64,000 nt of DNA from an uncultured Candidatus Saccharibacteria bacterium (GCA_964579635.1 CAZOFV010000004.1:817-64816), one strand, 5' to 3'; shown: positions 1-11,483, counted from the first letter of the stretch. Numbers and translations: made by a program. Notes: generated by a model from the letters alone, not told the origin.

Positions 1-437
1 ATAATTGCCCCCCTTATATTATCTTGAGTCATCGCCTCATCTGGCAAAAAAACCACCGCTTTGTTTCTAGAAAACGGTCTAGGGAAAATCATATTTCCCA
101 GAAATAATGTTCGCAACCCTGGAGTAATGTCGCGAATTATTTTATAAAGCTTAAGTCTATTCTCAAGGTCGCCAATAGATTCTTCTTCTTCGTTTGTTAA
201 TGTAAAATCCGGCAATAAAGATTTTGACTTAACTAAAAGAAGGGTTGAGGCAATAACTATAAAATTGGCAATACTTCCAATTGAAGCGGTTGTCGTGCTT
301 TTTAAGAAATTTAAGTACTCATCAGTAACGCTTGCAAGCGATACTTCGTTTATAAAAAGTTTTCGTTTTTCAATGAGAGACAAGAGGAGCTCAACCGGCC
401 CTTCGAACGCATCAGTTTTAACACGATAGGTCTCCAT
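1..437 (-). CDS. scpA: Segregation and condensation protein A (5' part; runs off window)
   Basis: Manual translation from ATG at 437: METYRVKTDAFEGPVELLLSLIEKRKLFINEVSLASVTDEY, the typical ScpA N-terminal FEGP motif. Confidence 0.9.
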   Translation of the reverse strand, partial: METYRVKTDAFEGPVELLLSLIEKRKLFINEVSLASVTDEYLNFLKSTTTASIGSIANFIVIASTLLLVKSKSLLPDFTLTNEEEESIGDLENRLKLYKIIRDITPGLRTLFLGNMIFPRPFSRNKAVVFLPDEAMTQDNIRGAI

Positions 438-443
438 TTTTAT

Positions 444-1787
444 TTAGTCTTCAATTTTTTTAGATAAAAGACTGTCGATACGATTCATGTCACGTGGGAA
501 AAGAGTTGCTTCTTTAACATTATCAAGCATTAAGAATTTTGCGGTCAAACGCTCAAGCCCCATTCCAAAACCACCATGTGGAGGCATTCCATACTTAAAC
601 GCTTGTAAGTAGTAAGAAAACTTCTCAACATCAAAACCACGATCTTTCATTCTCTCAACCAAAATATCATGATTATGTATACGCTGCCCCCCCGTTGTAA
701 TTTCTACCCCTCTAAAAAGAAGGTCGAAGCTTTTTGTATAACCTGGGTCAGCTTCATCTTCATATGTATAAACTGGTCTTTTTTTAACTGGGTAGTGTGT
801 AATAAAGATAAAATCTGAATTAAGATTTTTATTAGCATACTCACAAAGCCATCTCTCATGCTGTGGCTCAAGGTCTGGCTCATTTGTACAATCTACCCCA
901 GTACTTTCCGAAATAAGTTTCTGAGCTTCTCGAAGCTTCATTTTGGGAATATTTTCTGGAATAAGGGGTAATTCAGAATTCAGTAACTTAAATTCATTTA
1001 CACATTCTTTCTTTAGAGTGTCGCATATGTGGTGAAGTAAGGATGTTTCCATCTCCATTATCGTTGTGTGGTCTTTGATAAAACCCATTTCGGCGTCTAA
1101 ACTTGTATATTCATTTAAGTGCCGAGTAGTACTATGTTTTTCAGCGCGAAAAACTGTTCCGGCTGAAAAAACTTTCTCAAAAACACCAACCATTATTTGT
1201 TTATAGAATTGTGGGCTAGTTGCAAGATATGCAGAGCGATCATTAAAATAATCAACATGAAAAACCCCAGCGCCACCCTCAGCGTCTTCCCCAACTAATT
1301 TTGGTGCCTGAAATTCAATAAAACCATCCTTTGTAAGAAAATCTCTGTATGCTTTTACGATAGTTGCTTGAACCTTAAAAATAGCTCGCCTGCGAACATT
1401 GCGAAGTGTTAGTGGTAGATAATCAAGGTAGGTGTCTATGTTTAATTCTGCGTTAAGGTCAAATGGCATTTCTTCTGCTTTAGACAAAACCTCTACACCT
1501 GTTATTTCAATTTCAATATCACCGCTTTGTTCATCGTTATTTACCATTTTCTCCGGCCTTTTATTAACGATACCCTTAACTTCTAAAACCCACTCTAAGC
1601 GGACAGTGCTTGAGATACCATGTGCTTCTTCATGATTTGGCAAAGCAACCATCTGAACCTTTCCGCCAGCATCTCTTAAATCTATAAAAATAAGTTTTCC
1701 ATGATCACGGCGCACATCTACCCAGCCAGAAATTAAAACTTCCTCACCAATATGTTCACGAAGCTTGTCTATGTATGTCCTTTTCAT
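444..1787 (-). CDS. aspS: Aspartate-tRNA ligase, short archaeal-like (probably non-discriminating) type
   Basis: OB-fold GWV..RDHGKLIFIDLRD; YLATSPQFYKQ; FRAE..RHLNEY; GMPPHGGFGMGLERL; no GAD insert. Confidence 0.9.
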   Translation of the reverse strand: MKRTYIDKLREHIGEEVLISGWVDVRRDHGKLIFIDLRDAGGKVQMVALPNHEEAHGISSTVRLEWVLEVKGIVNKRPEKMVNNDEQSGDIEIEITGVEVLSKAEEMPFDLNAELNIDTYLDYLPLTLRNVRRRAIFKVQATIVKAYRDFLTKDGFIEFQAPKLVGEDAEGGAGVFHVDYFNDRSAYLATSPQFYKQIMVGVFEKVFSAGTVFRAEKHSTTRHLNEYTSLDAEMGFIKDHTTIMEMETSLLHHICDTLKKECVNEFKLLNSELPLIPENIPKMKLREAQKLISESTGVDCTNEPDLEPQHERWLCEYANKNLNSDFIFITHYPVKKRPVYTYEDEADPGYTKSFDLLFRGVEITTGGQRIHNHDILVERMKDRGFDVEKFSYYLQAFKYGMPPHGGFGMGLERLTAKFLMLDNVKEATLFPRDMNRIDSLLSKKIED

Positions 1788-1789
1788 AA

Positions 1790-2767
1790 TTATGTAGTTA
1801 TTAGTCCAACTTTTTCTCTAATCTCAACCATTTTTTCACGGGCGATTTTTTGTGCAACTTCCCTACCATCTTTAAGAGTTTGCATGATAAAAGCGTCATC
1901 CGCAATAATTTCTTTACGTTTTTCTCTAAGTGGAGCAATAAACTTTTCAATATTCTCAACTAATATTTCCTTAGATTCTTTGTAACCAATACCGCCCTTA
2001 CGATATCGCTCTTCAAGTAGAGATAAACCGTCTTCGCTAAATAGTTTGTGTAAGGCAAAAACATTACAAACTTCTGGATCTTTCTCCTCATCAACACCCT
2101 TTGAGTCTGTTGGAATAGACATCACTGCCTTTTTTATTTCTTCATATTCGGCAAAAAGCGGGATTGTGTTGTTATAGCTCTTGCTCATCTTTCTTCCATC
2201 TGTACCAACAACCGTTTTAACATCATCTAAAATGTAAGGTTCTGGCAGTTTGAATGTTTCCCCGTAGGCATAGTTGAATTTCTCTGCAATATCTCTTGCG
2301 TATTCAACGTGTTGTTTTTGGTCTTGCCCAACAGGAACAACATCGGCTCCATAAAGCAAAATGTCGGCAGCCATTAAAACTGGGTATTCGAAAGTTCCAA
2401 CATTTAACTCTTTATTTTTTGCTGCTGCATCTTTATATGCGTGCGCCCTCATGAGATATGGCATGGTAATTAAATTATTAAAAATTGCCATAAGCTCTGT
2501 AACCTCTGGAATATCAGATTGTAAGAATAATGTCGTTTGTTTTGGGTCAAGACCAATCGCAAGATATGTCGCAATAACATTTTTTGAGTTACTTAAAAGC
2601 TCTTCTTTTGTTGGATTATTAGTTAGTGCATGATAATTGGCCACAAAAACGAATCCTTTGTATTTATCCTGCAATAGAACAAACTGACGCATAGCGCCGA
2701 AATAGTTGCCAATATGTGGCTCCCCTGTTGGTTTTACCCCGGAAAGCATTATTTTCTTATCGGACAT
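1790..2767 (-). CDS. trpS: Tryptophan-tRNA ligase
   Basis: SGVKPTGEPHIGNYFG, YPVLMAADIL, VPVGQDQKQH, KMSKS. Confidence 0.97.
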   Translation of the reverse strand: MSDKKIMLSGVKPTGEPHIGNYFGAMRQFVLLQDKYKGFVFVANYHALTNNPTKEELLSNSKNVIATYLAIGLDPKQTTLFLQSDIPEVTELMAIFNNLITMPYLMRAHAYKDAAAKNKELNVGTFEYPVLMAADILLYGADVVPVGQDQKQHVEYARDIAEKFNYAYGETFKLPEPYILDDVKTVVGTDGRKMSKSYNNTIPLFAEYEEIKKAVMSIPTDSKGVDEEKDPEVCNVFALHKLFSEDGLSLLEERYRKGGIGYKESKEILVENIEKFIAPLREKRKEIIADDAFIMQTLKDGREVAQKIAREKMVEIREKVGLITT

Positions 2768-2824
2768 GCTTGAAATAATAGCAAAATATGGCTTATTTTA
2801 AAAGCTTTTACCTTTTATTCTTAC

Positions 2825-4414
2825 TTAATTCAACGCAGGAAGTTCTATATAGAATGTTGAGCCCTTACCTTCTCCTTCGGAATTAACACCAATTGAACCT
2901 TTATGTGCTTCTATCATTTGTTTTGCAATATATAAACCTAACCCTGTACCATTTGCGTGCAATTTACTGACGTCATCTCCTCGGCTAAATTTTTCAAAAA
3001 GTCGTGTACGTAATTCCGGGGTAATACCAACACCAGAGTCTGTAACCATAACCTTAATTATTTTTTTCACAGAGTCTCTAGAAACATTCACCTTAACCGC
3101 TCCTTCCTTTGTATATTTTATTGCGTTATCAACTAAATTGAGTACAACTTGGCGAATTTTCAACAAATCTGCGTTTACAAAATAATCTTGAGCGTTATCA
3201 TTTTCAAAAGTTAGTCCGAGTTTTTTATTAAGCGCATTTGGGTAAAGCGAATCAACAATTTCTTTAGTTAACGCCGACAAATCAACTTTCTCAAAAGAGT
3301 ATTCCATTCTACCTTGCTCTAGGCGTGTAATGTTTAGCAAATCATCAACAATCCCAACAAGATTTTGAGCCGATTGAAAAATGCGCTCAACAGCCTCTCT
3401 TGTTTTTGGTTCAATAAAACCAAACGACCCCTCAAGAACCATAGATGTATATCCCTTAATGGCTGTAAGCGGACTTCTTAGTTGATGTGATGCAATAGAA
3501 ACGAATTCAGACTTTTGTTTATCAAGGAATTGCAATCTATCATTAGCCTTTTTTAGATCACCTGCAAGTAATTCAATCTGTTCGCGAGCCCTAACCTCTT
3601 TTGAAACACCACGAACAATGAGAATGCTAAAAAATGAAACCAGAGCTAAAAGCAAAGCCCTAATAAGCCAATCTTGTAACGTAACCGAGGTAAGCAAATT
3701 AAAGAAAAATAAAATAACAACACCACCGGCAAAAAGTTCTGTCGCGGCGGTCTTAAGGTCAAAAAACTTATATTTAATAATTGAATAACTAATAAAAAAT
3801 ATGTAAAGCAAAACAAAATAATTACCAAACGGGAAAATATTAAAAAATTGCGGTAGAAAATTCGTGATACCACCACTAAAACCGATAGCACCGGCGATTA
3901 TTTGTAAGCGTATTTGTGCGCGTAGGCGTTTATCAGTTTTGTGTTTCCAGTATGAGTTAAAAAGAAAAGCCAAAGATAACAAAACACACACAATAAAAAA
4001 AGCTGGAAACAATAGATAATAAGGCCCAGGATTTATCCAGAAAAAACCAAACTTATTTACAATGCCAATTTTAAAAAGTGGTGTTGTGCTTAAAAAGGCT
4101 AAAAATAATCCAACAATAAAAGTAATGAAAATTAACCATTTTTTTCTAATTGAAAGAAAACTTAAAATAAAATTAAGGTAAAGAACTGGAATAAAAATTG
4201 CTATCACATCAAGTGCGTATTGCCACAACATCGCAGTTTCAACATCTTTAGCTGAAGTTACTCCGTAAAGCGAGAATCCCCAAAACGCAATAAGGGATGA
4301 GAATAAAAACCAAGAACTGTTTAATTTTGCTTTTGTGTTGTTAACGTAAACAAATAAACCAAAGGTTAAACTTGCAAAAAATATGAGGATGCTTGAAATA
4401 TAAAAAAGATTCAT
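2825..4414 (-). CDS. Membrane sensor histidine kinase with multi-TM (7TM-like) N-terminus
   Basis: About 8 hydrophobic segments, H-box ASHQLRSPLT, N-box NLVDNAIKY, G-boxes DSGVGI and GTGLGL. Confidence 0.93.
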   Translation of the reverse strand: MNLFYISSILIFFASLTFGLFVYVNNTKAKLNSSWFLFSSLIAFWGFSLYGVTSAKDVETAMLWQYALDVIAIFIPVLYLNFILSFLSIRKKWLIFITFIVGLFLAFLSTTPLFKIGIVNKFGFFWINPGPYYLLFPAFFIVCVLLSLAFLFNSYWKHKTDKRLRAQIRLQIIAGAIGFSGGITNFLPQFFNIFPFGNYFVLLYIFFISYSIIKYKFFDLKTAATELFAGGVVILFFFNLLTSVTLQDWLIRALLLALVSFFSILIVRGVSKEVRAREQIELLAGDLKKANDRLQFLDKQKSEFVSIASHQLRSPLTAIKGYTSMVLEGSFGFIEPKTREAVERIFQSAQNLVGIVDDLLNITRLEQGRMEYSFEKVDLSALTKEIVDSLYPNALNKKLGLTFENDNAQDYFVNADLLKIRQVVLNLVDNAIKYTKEGAVKVNVSRDSVKKIIKVMVTDSGVGITPELRTRLFEKFSRGDDVSKLHANGTGLGLYIAKQMIEAHKGSIGVNSEGEGKGSTFYIELPALN

Positions 4415-4420
4415 ATTTGT

Positions 4421-5083
4421 TTACTTAAAAATCAAAATTGGCCAGTTTCTTTTTACCGCAATATTTCTTAAATTATTTGACGGGTTAACAACAAACGGGT
4501 GTTTAGCTAATTCTAACATGAAGATATCTGAAATGTGATCCCCGTATGCGTATACATTATCCAGTTCTATATTATTGTCTGATATATATTTTTTAATAAT
4601 ATTGCTTTTCTCAACACCATAAACAATTTGACCTTCAATTCTACCTGTAAGATTGCCGTCTTTTACCTCAAGGGTAGTCCCCTTAAAATCATCCACTGAA
4701 AGATATTCAGCAATTTTTTCCACCAAAATATCGACGGCGTTTGATATTAAAATTACGTGGAATTTCTTATCTTTTAGTTCATTAACTAATTTTATTCCAT
4801 CACTATAAAACCTATCTTTTAAGTCTTCGTTGAAAAACTCATTGATAATTTCTTTTACTTCTTGTTCTGACTTGCCACCAAAAAAGGAAAAAGCATATTC
4901 CATTATTTTTTTTGGGTTTTTTATAATATGTAATTTATACAAAACAAACCAAAAAATAATTTTAATGTAATAACAATTTTTAACGTACCCCTTTTTATAA
5001 ATAAATTTAAGCAAAGCTTCTTGGCTTTGACCTTTAATTAAAGTTCCATCAATATCAAAAACTGCTAAATTTTTTGTGGCCAT
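4421..5083 (-). CDS. HAD-IB family hydrolase (SerB-like phosphatase)
   Basis: FDIDGTL motif I; YAYGDHISDIFML motif IV. Confidence 0.9.
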   Translation of the reverse strand: MATKNLAVFDIDGTLIKGQSQEALLKFIYKKGYVKNCYYIKIIFWFVLYKLHIIKNPKKIMEYAFSFFGGKSEQEVKEIINEFFNEDLKDRFYSDGIKLVNELKDKKFHVILISNAVDILVEKIAEYLSVDDFKGTTLEVKDGNLTGRIEGQIVYGVEKSNIIKKYISDNNIELDNVYAYGDHISDIFMLELAKHPFVVNPSNNLRNIAVKRNWPILIFK

Positions 5084-5760
5084 GGTGGGTAAATTTTATA
5101 CGGGTAAGATTTTCCAGATAACTCAGAGATTCTTAACATTATCTTGTTTGTTATAATCTTAAAGGCTTTGCGGTTTAATTTACTTTTGTGATACACAGAA
5201 AGGTCTATAGGGCTCCCAATAATAATTTGGATGCTTTTTTTAATTTTTGGCTTTTCGTCAAAACGAGACATTACTTCATATGCACCTTTTATGCCAATTG
5301 GTATAACTGGGACGTTCCCGTGATAGGCGTATCTAGCTACCCCGATAAATGCCTCGAGCATTTTTTCTTTATGTGGAGAACGTGTCCCTTCTGGAAATAT
5401 TCCCACTAATTTACCGCGTTTTAAATGTGATTGTATTGAGGAATGTAAAAGATTTTTATTTTTACTAGTTCTTTCTACCTTTATTTGCCCCATTATTTTC
5501 ATAACAGGACGCCAAAAATAGCTGGAGAAAAATTTTTCTGCGGAAAGATAGTGTATATGTCGTGGGCACACTGCAATAAAACAAATAAAGTCAAAATAAC
5601 TTTGATGATTAAACGCTAATATAGCAGCTCCTTCTTTCGGTATATTTTCAAGTCCAGATACTCTTTTAATCCAAAATAACTTAACGAACGGGGAAAGAAA
5701 TATTCTTATTGTGTGGTAAGCAATTTCAAAAAACAAATTATCACGATGTGGTATTTTCAT
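5065..5760 (-). CDS. plsC: 1-acyl-sn-glycerol-3-phosphate acyltransferase (PlsC family)
   Basis: NHQSYFD (HX4D) and IFPEGTRS motifs. Confidence 0.88.
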   Translation of the reverse strand: MKIPHRDNLFFEIAYHTIRIFLSPFVKLFWIKRVSGLENIPKEGAAILAFNHQSYFDFICFIAVCPRHIHYLSAEKFFSSYFWRPVMKIMGQIKVERTSKNKNLLHSSIQSHLKRGKLVGIFPEGTRSPHKEKMLEAFIGVARYAYHGNVPVIPIGIKGAYEVMSRFDEKPKIKKSIQIIIGSPIDLSVYHKSKLNRKAFKIITNKIMLRISELSGKSYPYKIYPPWPQKI

Positions 5761-5865
5761 CCTATTTTATGTAATGGTTTTTCGTGTCCTAAAAAAACAT
5801 CACCGGTCGGTACGAATTCATATCAAAATTATACCGTAAAAATACTAGAGATTCTAGGGATTTCG

Positions 5866-6168
5866 TTATAAATTCAACAATAAATTAAAATCGTCATCTT
5901 TTGTGGTTTTATTTTTTCGAATAAAACCACATTTAATACATTGGTGTGTAATTACATACTCCCCCGCCTTAACCTCAACCCCAATTGGTTCCATAGATCC
6001 TAAACAATCGGATTTTCTATCTCCTGGATTTATATCAACGTGTTTACTCCATAAACATTTTGGACAGTGGTTTGTATAACCATTTCCCTCAACAAAAAAG
6101 CCACATTCACTACAAGTAAAGTCTTCGATATTCCGCTTAAATTTTTTTGTTTTTATATTGAGAGTCAA
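5866..6168 (-). CDS. RNHCP-domain zinc-ribbon protein (start uncertain; TTG at 6168 avoids overlap with the upstream gene)
   Basis: FTCSECG..NHCPKCLWSKHVD.PGDR..C.G.M...HQCIKCG pattern. Confidence 0.85.
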   Translation of the reverse strand: MTLNIKTKKFKRNIEDFTCSECGFFVEGNGYTNHCPKCLWSKHVDINPGDRKSDCLGSMEPIGVEVKAGEYVITHQCIKCGFIRKNKTTKDDDFNLLLNL

Positions 6169-6196
6169 GGTTAAAGCTAGTGATGAAAAATAATTA

Positions 6197-6841
6197 TTAA
6201 AGATTTTTCGAAATAATATCCATAATCTTTTGCACCTCTGTTTTATAATCATCGGTTAACGGAAAAACCGGGGTACCAAAGATTATCTTTATTCTCGCGC
6301 GACGAAAAATAAAATCACTTAATTTGATATTGAAAACACCCTTAATTGAAATCGGCACTATCGGCGCCTGTGAAGCCCTTGCTAGATATATCGCTCCACC
6401 GTGTGCGGGCAACAAATTTCCATCCTTAGTTTTTTCACCTTCCGGGAAAACTAACAAGGAGTGTCCTTTGTTTAAAATTTCTAGATGCTTCTTTAATGAT
6501 TTTTCGTAATCATGTTTTCCAACCAAAACACGATACGCGCCCCATATTTCGAAAAACCATTCACGATAGAAAAGCCACTTTAAAAAAGAGTGTCTGTCGT
6601 AAAACTCCTTCTCTCTTGATGTGTAGAAAGCTGGTGAGAATCGTGACAAAAATGGAAACGAGGCCGGTAACAATATTGGATCAAGTTCGCTACTATGATT
6701 ACTAACAAAAATAACTTTTCCTTTTAGGTTTTTCAAATTCTCAAATCCAATAATTTCAAAATGTCCAAAAAATTTTAGAAATATTCGAGTAGGCACCCAA
6801 ACTAGATTCTGTAGAAAAAAAGGTGGTAAAAATTCTTTCAT
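6197..6841 (-). CDS. Second PlsC-family acyltransferase
   Basis: SNHSSELD and VFPEGEKT motifs. Confidence 0.85.
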   Translation of the reverse strand: MKEFLPPFFLQNLVWVPTRIFLKFFGHFEIIGFENLKNLKGKVIFVSNHSSELDPILLPASFPFLSRFSPAFYTSREKEFYDRHSFLKWLFYREWFFEIWGAYRVLVGKHDYEKSLKKHLEILNKGHSLLVFPEGEKTKDGNLLPAHGGAIYLARASQAPIVPISIKGVFNIKLSDFIFRRARIKIIFGTPVFPLTDDYKTEVQKIMDIISKNL

Positions 6842-6845
6842 TTAT

Positions 6846-8285
6846 TTAATTATTCATTTGAACAGAAATGTTCTCGCCTGTCGTCTGTTTTTTGTTTAAA
6901 ACAACACGCTCAACAATGATTCCTAATAGCATACCAGTAATACTAGCCAAAAAGCCAACAATTATTGAAGGAACAATAAAATTCTCATCTGTGAAATGTT
7001 CAACGTATTGCCAAGAAAGCGCCCCGAGAAGCATTGCGAACATCGCCCCTAAGCTATTAGCCTTCTTTAAATACAAACCGGCGGCAAGTGGCACAAAAGC
7101 AGAAACAAGTGTTATTGAATACGCACCACCAACCAATTCGTAAATATTTCCTTGTTTAACTGCGAGCAATATTGCACCAGCAGAAATAACCAAAATCGAT
7201 ATTTTAATAAAACGCAACAAACGAATGTCAGATACACGTGGGAAAAATGGCTTAATAATATTTTCTGCAAGTAGTGTTGCAGGAGCAAGAAGCGCCCCCG
7301 AAGCAGTACTCATGATTGCTGAGAGTAATGCCCCATAAAATATTACCTGAGTAAATATGTTTGTATTATTAGCAATAAGAGTTGGTATTAAAAGCTGAGA
7401 ATCTGCCCCTGGGGCAACTAATTCCGGATAAAGTGTGCGAGCAGCAAGCCCTAAGAAAATCGGGATTAAAACAATTGTAAAATACAACACTCCGCCCACA
7501 ATCGCAGCCCACTTTGACACATCTGCTGATTTTGCAGACATCGCCCTTTGATAAACATCTTGCTGTGGAATTGAGCCGAGACCAATTGTCATTAATGCTG
7601 CGATAAACGCAAGCCAATCTTTAGTTGTGTGTTCTGGAATAATATTAAAAAATTCTGAAGGGGTTGCCACAATCACGTCATGAATACTTATTTTATAAGT
7701 TATTTCAATTAATATTGCGAAAAGCCCTAAAATAATTATTGTGGTTTGTATAAGGTCGTGCATGACAACTGACCACATTCCACCAATATACGTGTAAAGA
7801 ACGACAACCCCCGCTGCTATTAATAAACCACTTATGAAGGACATTCCAAAAACAAACTGCATGATAATACCGAGTGCAACAAACTGCGCTGCGACCCAGC
7901 CAAAATAAGTGACAGTTATGGCGATACTTAAAAGCATCGCGACTGTCTTGTTATAACGTTCAGCAAAGTAGTCTCCTATTGTTAGATGATTTAATGAATA
8001 TAATTTTTTTGCAAAAAATAAACCAATTAAAATAAGACATAATCCAGCGCCAAACGGATCTTCAATCACGTTTAGAAAACCACCCTCTGCCATTTTTGAA
8101 CTGGCCCCTAAAATAGATTCTGAGCCAAACCAAGTAGCAAAAACAGTGGCAAGTGCCATATAAAAAGGCAAGTTTCGCCCAGCTAAAACATAATCTTTTG
8201 AGTTCTTAACAAATCGTGAAGCATAAAAGCTCACTGGTATCATCGCAACAAGATATATAAATACTGATGCGCCGAGAATTGTCAT
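6846..8285 (-). CDS. Sodium:solute symporter (SSS/SLC5) family transporter
   Basis: About 13 TM; DYVLAGRNLP, YTYIGGMWSVVMHDLIQ, SAIMSTAS. Confidence 0.92.
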   Translation of the reverse strand: MTILGASVFIYLVAMIPVSFYASRFVKNSKDYVLAGRNLPFYMALATVFATWFGSESILGASSKMAEGGFLNVIEDPFGAGLCLILIGLFFAKKLYSLNHLTIGDYFAERYNKTVAMLLSIAITVTYFGWVAAQFVALGIIMQFVFGMSFISGLLIAAGVVVLYTYIGGMWSVVMHDLIQTTIIILGLFAILIEITYKISIHDVIVATPSEFFNIIPEHTTKDWLAFIAALMTIGLGSIPQQDVYQRAMSAKSADVSKWAAIVGGVLYFTIVLIPIFLGLAARTLYPELVAPGADSQLLIPTLIANNTNIFTQVIFYGALLSAIMSTASGALLAPATLLAENIIKPFFPRVSDIRLLRFIKISILVISAGAILLAVKQGNIYELVGGAYSITLVSAFVPLAAGLYLKKANSLGAMFAMLLGALSWQYVEHFTDENFIVPSIIVGFLASITGMLLGIIVERVVLNKKQTTGENISVQMNN

Positions 8286-8290
8286 TTTAT

Positions 8291-9370
8291 TTACATCCCT
8301 TCTCCCTTTAGGTCCTCTACTATGCCACGGGCTTTTTTGGATAGTTTATGAGGCAAAACAACTTTTATTTTCACAAGTAAATCTCCTCTTTGGTTGTTGT
8401 TACCCTGTGGGACACCCTTGCCCTTTAATCGAAGAACTTCTCCTGTATTAACGCCTTCTGGAATTTTCAAATCAATTTTCCCATCAAGAGTATCAATCGA
8501 ACGCTCTCCACCAAGCAATGCTTCTGTTAATTTAATATCTAGATTCATTGTTAGATTGTTTCCTTCGCGCTTCAAAATCTGATGTGGTAAGACGCTTATC
8601 TTGACGTACAAATCACCAGAAACACCTCGCTGAATAGCTTCGCCCATGCCAGAAAGACGGATCATTTCACCATTTTCAATTCCTGCTGGAACGTGAATAG
8701 AAATTTCTTCCTGCTTTCTAAGAATACCTTGACCTTTACAGGTTGAGCACTTTTCTTCTGGAATTGTGCCAGAACCCATACAAGAATTACATTCTCTCAC
8801 GCTCGTGAAAACGCCAATAAACGATTTCTTTGTCTCGCGAACTTTCCCTTGACCATTACATGTGTCGCATTTCTTGCGCTTTGTTCCCGGCTTTTCACCG
8901 TCTCCTTTACATGTCTCGCATAGTGCTCTTTTTGTTATCAAAACTTTACGAGTTGTTCCAAAAATTGATTCTGAAAAACTTACTGTTATTTCAATAGAAA
9001 TATCGGAGCCACGTCTTCCTTGTGCGCCACCACGGCCACCGTTAAATATTTCACTAAAAATATCTCCGAAACCACCGGCATTACTAAAATCAAAATCACC
9101 AAACTGCGATGGATCAAAACCGTGAAATCCTGATGCCCCTTGTTGCTGACCACTTCCATCGCTAAACACCTGGCCGTAAGTGTCGTATTCAGACCTTTTC
9201 TTTTCATTAGAAAGAACCTGGTAAGCCTCATTCACTTCTTTAAAGCGTTCTTCATCCCCTCCTTTTTTATCAGGATGATATTTGTGAGCTAGTTTATGAA
9301 AAGCTTTTTTTATTTCTTCTTTAGAAGCCTTTCGCTCAACTCCTAAAATTTGGTAGTAGTCTTTTTGCAT
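8291..9370 (-). CDS. dnaJ: Chaperone DnaJ
   Basis: J-domain HPD, G/F region, four CXXCXGXG repeats. Confidence 0.97.
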   Translation of the reverse strand: MQKDYYQILGVERKASKEEIKKAFHKLAHKYHPDKKGGDEERFKEVNEAYQVLSNEKKRSEYDTYGQVFSDGSGQQQGASGFHGFDPSQFGDFDFSNAGGFGDIFSEIFNGGRGGAQGRRGSDISIEITVSFSESIFGTTRKVLITKRALCETCKGDGEKPGTKRKKCDTCNGQGKVRETKKSFIGVFTSVRECNSCMGSGTIPEEKCSTCKGQGILRKQEEISIHVPAGIENGEMIRLSGMGEAIQRGVSGDLYVKISVLPHQILKREGNNLTMNLDIKLTEALLGGERSIDTLDGKIDLKIPEGVNTGEVLRLKGKGVPQGNNNQRGDLLVKIKVVLPHKLSKKARGIVEDLKGEGM

Positions 9371-9427
9371 AACGATTTAATTATACGGAATTATACATAA
9401 AAACAAATAAAGGTGAAGTTTAAGAAA

Positions 9428-9466
9428 AACAAAAAAACCACTTATCAAAAAAGTGGTTTTTTTGTT
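9428..9466. terminator. Intrinsic terminator downstream of dnaK
   Basis: aacaaaaaaaccactt-loop-aagtggtttttttgtt inverted repeat with A/T tracts. Confidence 0.7.
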
Positions 9467-9470
9467 GATT

Positions 9471-11393
9471 TTATGATGTTTTATCTTCTGTTCCAGCGCC
9501 GCCTTCTTTAAAGTCGGCGTCGTGAATCTTATCTTCAGGAGTTCCTGTGCCACCATCTTTTGGCGCCTCCTCTTTAGTTCCGCTTTCTTGCTGTGCTTTC
9601 ATCATTGCCTCTCCTATTTTTTGCATTTCAAGAGAAAGCTCCGTTGAAGCCTTTTTAATAGCCTCAATATCTGTTCCATCTTTAACAGCCTTTAGTGCAT
9701 TAACTTTTTCTTCAACTGAAGTTTTTATTTCTGCTGGGACCTTGTCGCCTGCGTCACGAAGAGATTTTTCTGCAGTATAAACCATTATTTCTGAATCATT
9801 TTTAAGATCAGCAACTTCTTTTTTCTTGCGATCTTCGTCGGCGTGTAATTCAGCTTCTTTGGTCATTCTTTCAATATCAGCATCTGTTAAACCAGAACTT
9901 GCTTCAATGCGAATACTTTGTGTTTTGCCAGAAGTTTTTTCCTTAGCGGTAACGTTTAGAATTCCGTTGGCATCAACATCAAGAGAAACTTCAACCTGAG
10001 GCATTCCGCGTGGTGCTGGTGGCACTCCATCCAAAATAAATCTACCTAAAGATTTGTTGTCGGCAGCCATTGGTCGTTCACCTTGAACAATGTGTATTTC
10101 AACAGATGTTTGATTATCGGCCGCCGTTGAAAAAACTTGTGACTTTGATGTTGGTATTGTCATGTTTTTCTCAATAAGTTTTGTCGCAACACCACCGAAT
10201 GTTTCGATACCCAAAGAAAGCGGGATAACGTCGAGCAATAAAATATCGCGCACATCACCCTGTAATACACCAGCCTGAACTGCAGCTCCTGCTGCCACAA
10301 CTTCATCTGGGTTGATTGAACGGTTAGGCTCTTTTCCAAACAATTCTTTAACGGCAGCGATAATTGCTGGCATACGTGTTTGCCCGCCAACCATCACGAT
10401 TTCGTTAATTTCACCCATCTTAACTGGTGACTTTTCAAAAGCTCTTTTTGTAATTTCAATAGAGCGATCAATAAATTCACGAGCAAGCTCTTCTAGAGTC
10501 GAACGAGACATCTTAAGGAGAAGATGTTTTGGTCCTGATGCGTCTGAACTTATAAACGGAATGTTAATTTCCGATTCCATTGTTGTCGAAAGTTCGTGTT
10601 TTGCTTTTTCAGCAGATTCTTTTAATCTCTGAAGTGCTAAAACATCTTTAGTAATATCAATACCACTTTCTTTTTTAAATTGTTCTGCAATCCAAGCAAC
10701 AATCTTTTGATCAATATCTTCACCACCCATATGAGAATCCCCATCAGTTGCCTTAACCTCAATAACATCATCTCCAACTTCCAAAATAGAAACATCAAAA
10801 GTTCCTCCACCAAAATCGTAGACAACTATCTTCTCATTTTTCTTTTTATTAAATCCATATGCTAAGGCGGCGGCAGTCGGCTCATTAATAATGCGCTTTA
10901 CATCAAGGCCAGCAATTTTACCCGCATCTTTAGTTGCCTTGCGCTGTGAATCATCAAAATATGCTGGCACAGTAATAACCGCCTCTGTTACAGGCTCACC
11001 AATTTTAGCTTCCACGTCGTGCTTTATCTTCTGAAGAATCATCGCTGAAATTTCTTCAGGACGATAAAAATCTGCACCCATCTTAACCTTAACTCCTCCG
11101 CCTTCGTTTTCTTCAATAGCATATGGTGAAAAACTCTTATCTCGTTTTACTTCTGCATCATCAAAGCGGTGGCCCATAAGACGCTTGATTCCATAAACTG
11201 TATTTTCTGGATTTGTAACCGCTTGACGTTTTGCAAGTAAACCAACAAGTCTTTCTCCATTTTTAGCAAGCGCAACAACCGAAGGAGTTGTGCGATTACC
11301 TTCAATATTTTCAATTATTTTTGGAACGCCACCTTCTATTAAGGCGACGGCCGAATTTGTTGTTCCTAAGTCAATACCGATTATTTTTCCCAT
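9471..11393 (-). CDS. dnaK: Chaperone DnaK
   Basis: [26 protein letters not shown]. Confidence 0.99.
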   Translation of the reverse strand: MGKIIGIDLGTTNSAVALIEGGVPKIIENIEGNRTTPSVVALAKNGERLVGLLAKRQAVTNPENTVYGIKRLMGHRFDDAEVKRDKSFSPYAIEENEGGGVKVKMGADFYRPEEISAMILQKIKHDVEAKIGEPVTEAVITVPAYFDDSQRKATKDAGKIAGLDVKRIINEPTAAALAYGFNKKKNEKIVVYDFGGGTFDVSILEVGDDVIEVKATDGDSHMGGEDIDQKIVAWIAEQFKKESGIDITKDVLALQRLKESAEKAKHELSTTMESEINIPFISSDASGPKHLLLKMSRSTLEELAREFIDRSIEITKRAFEKSPVKMGEINEIVMVGGQTRMPAIIAAVKELFGKEPNRSINPDEVVAAGAAVQAGVLQGDVRDILLLDVIPLSLGIETFGGVATKLIEKNMTIPTSKSQVFSTAADNQTSVEIHIVQGERPMAADNKSLGRFILDGVPPAPRGMPQVEVSLDVDANGILNVTAKEKTSGKTQSIRIEASSGLTDADIERMTKEAELHADEDRKKKEVADLKNDSEIMVYTAEKSLRDAGDKVPAEIKTSVEEKVNALKAVKDGTDIEAIKKASTELSLEMQKIGEAMMKAQQESGTKEEAPKDGGTGTPEDKIHDADFKEGGAGTEDKTS

Positions 11394-11437
11394 ATTTTTA
11401 TTACAAAGTTATAAATTAAATACTTTTAATTAAAATT

Positions 11438-11465
11438 ATTATACCGAATAATTTCTAATTGTCAA
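11438..11465 (-). promoter_or_regulatory. Consensus sigma70 promoter for dnaK
   Basis: Minus strand TTGACA-16 nt-TATAAT about 45 nt upstream of the dnaK ATG. Confidence 0.75.
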
Positions 11466-11483
11466 CTAATTATCTCCCTTATT

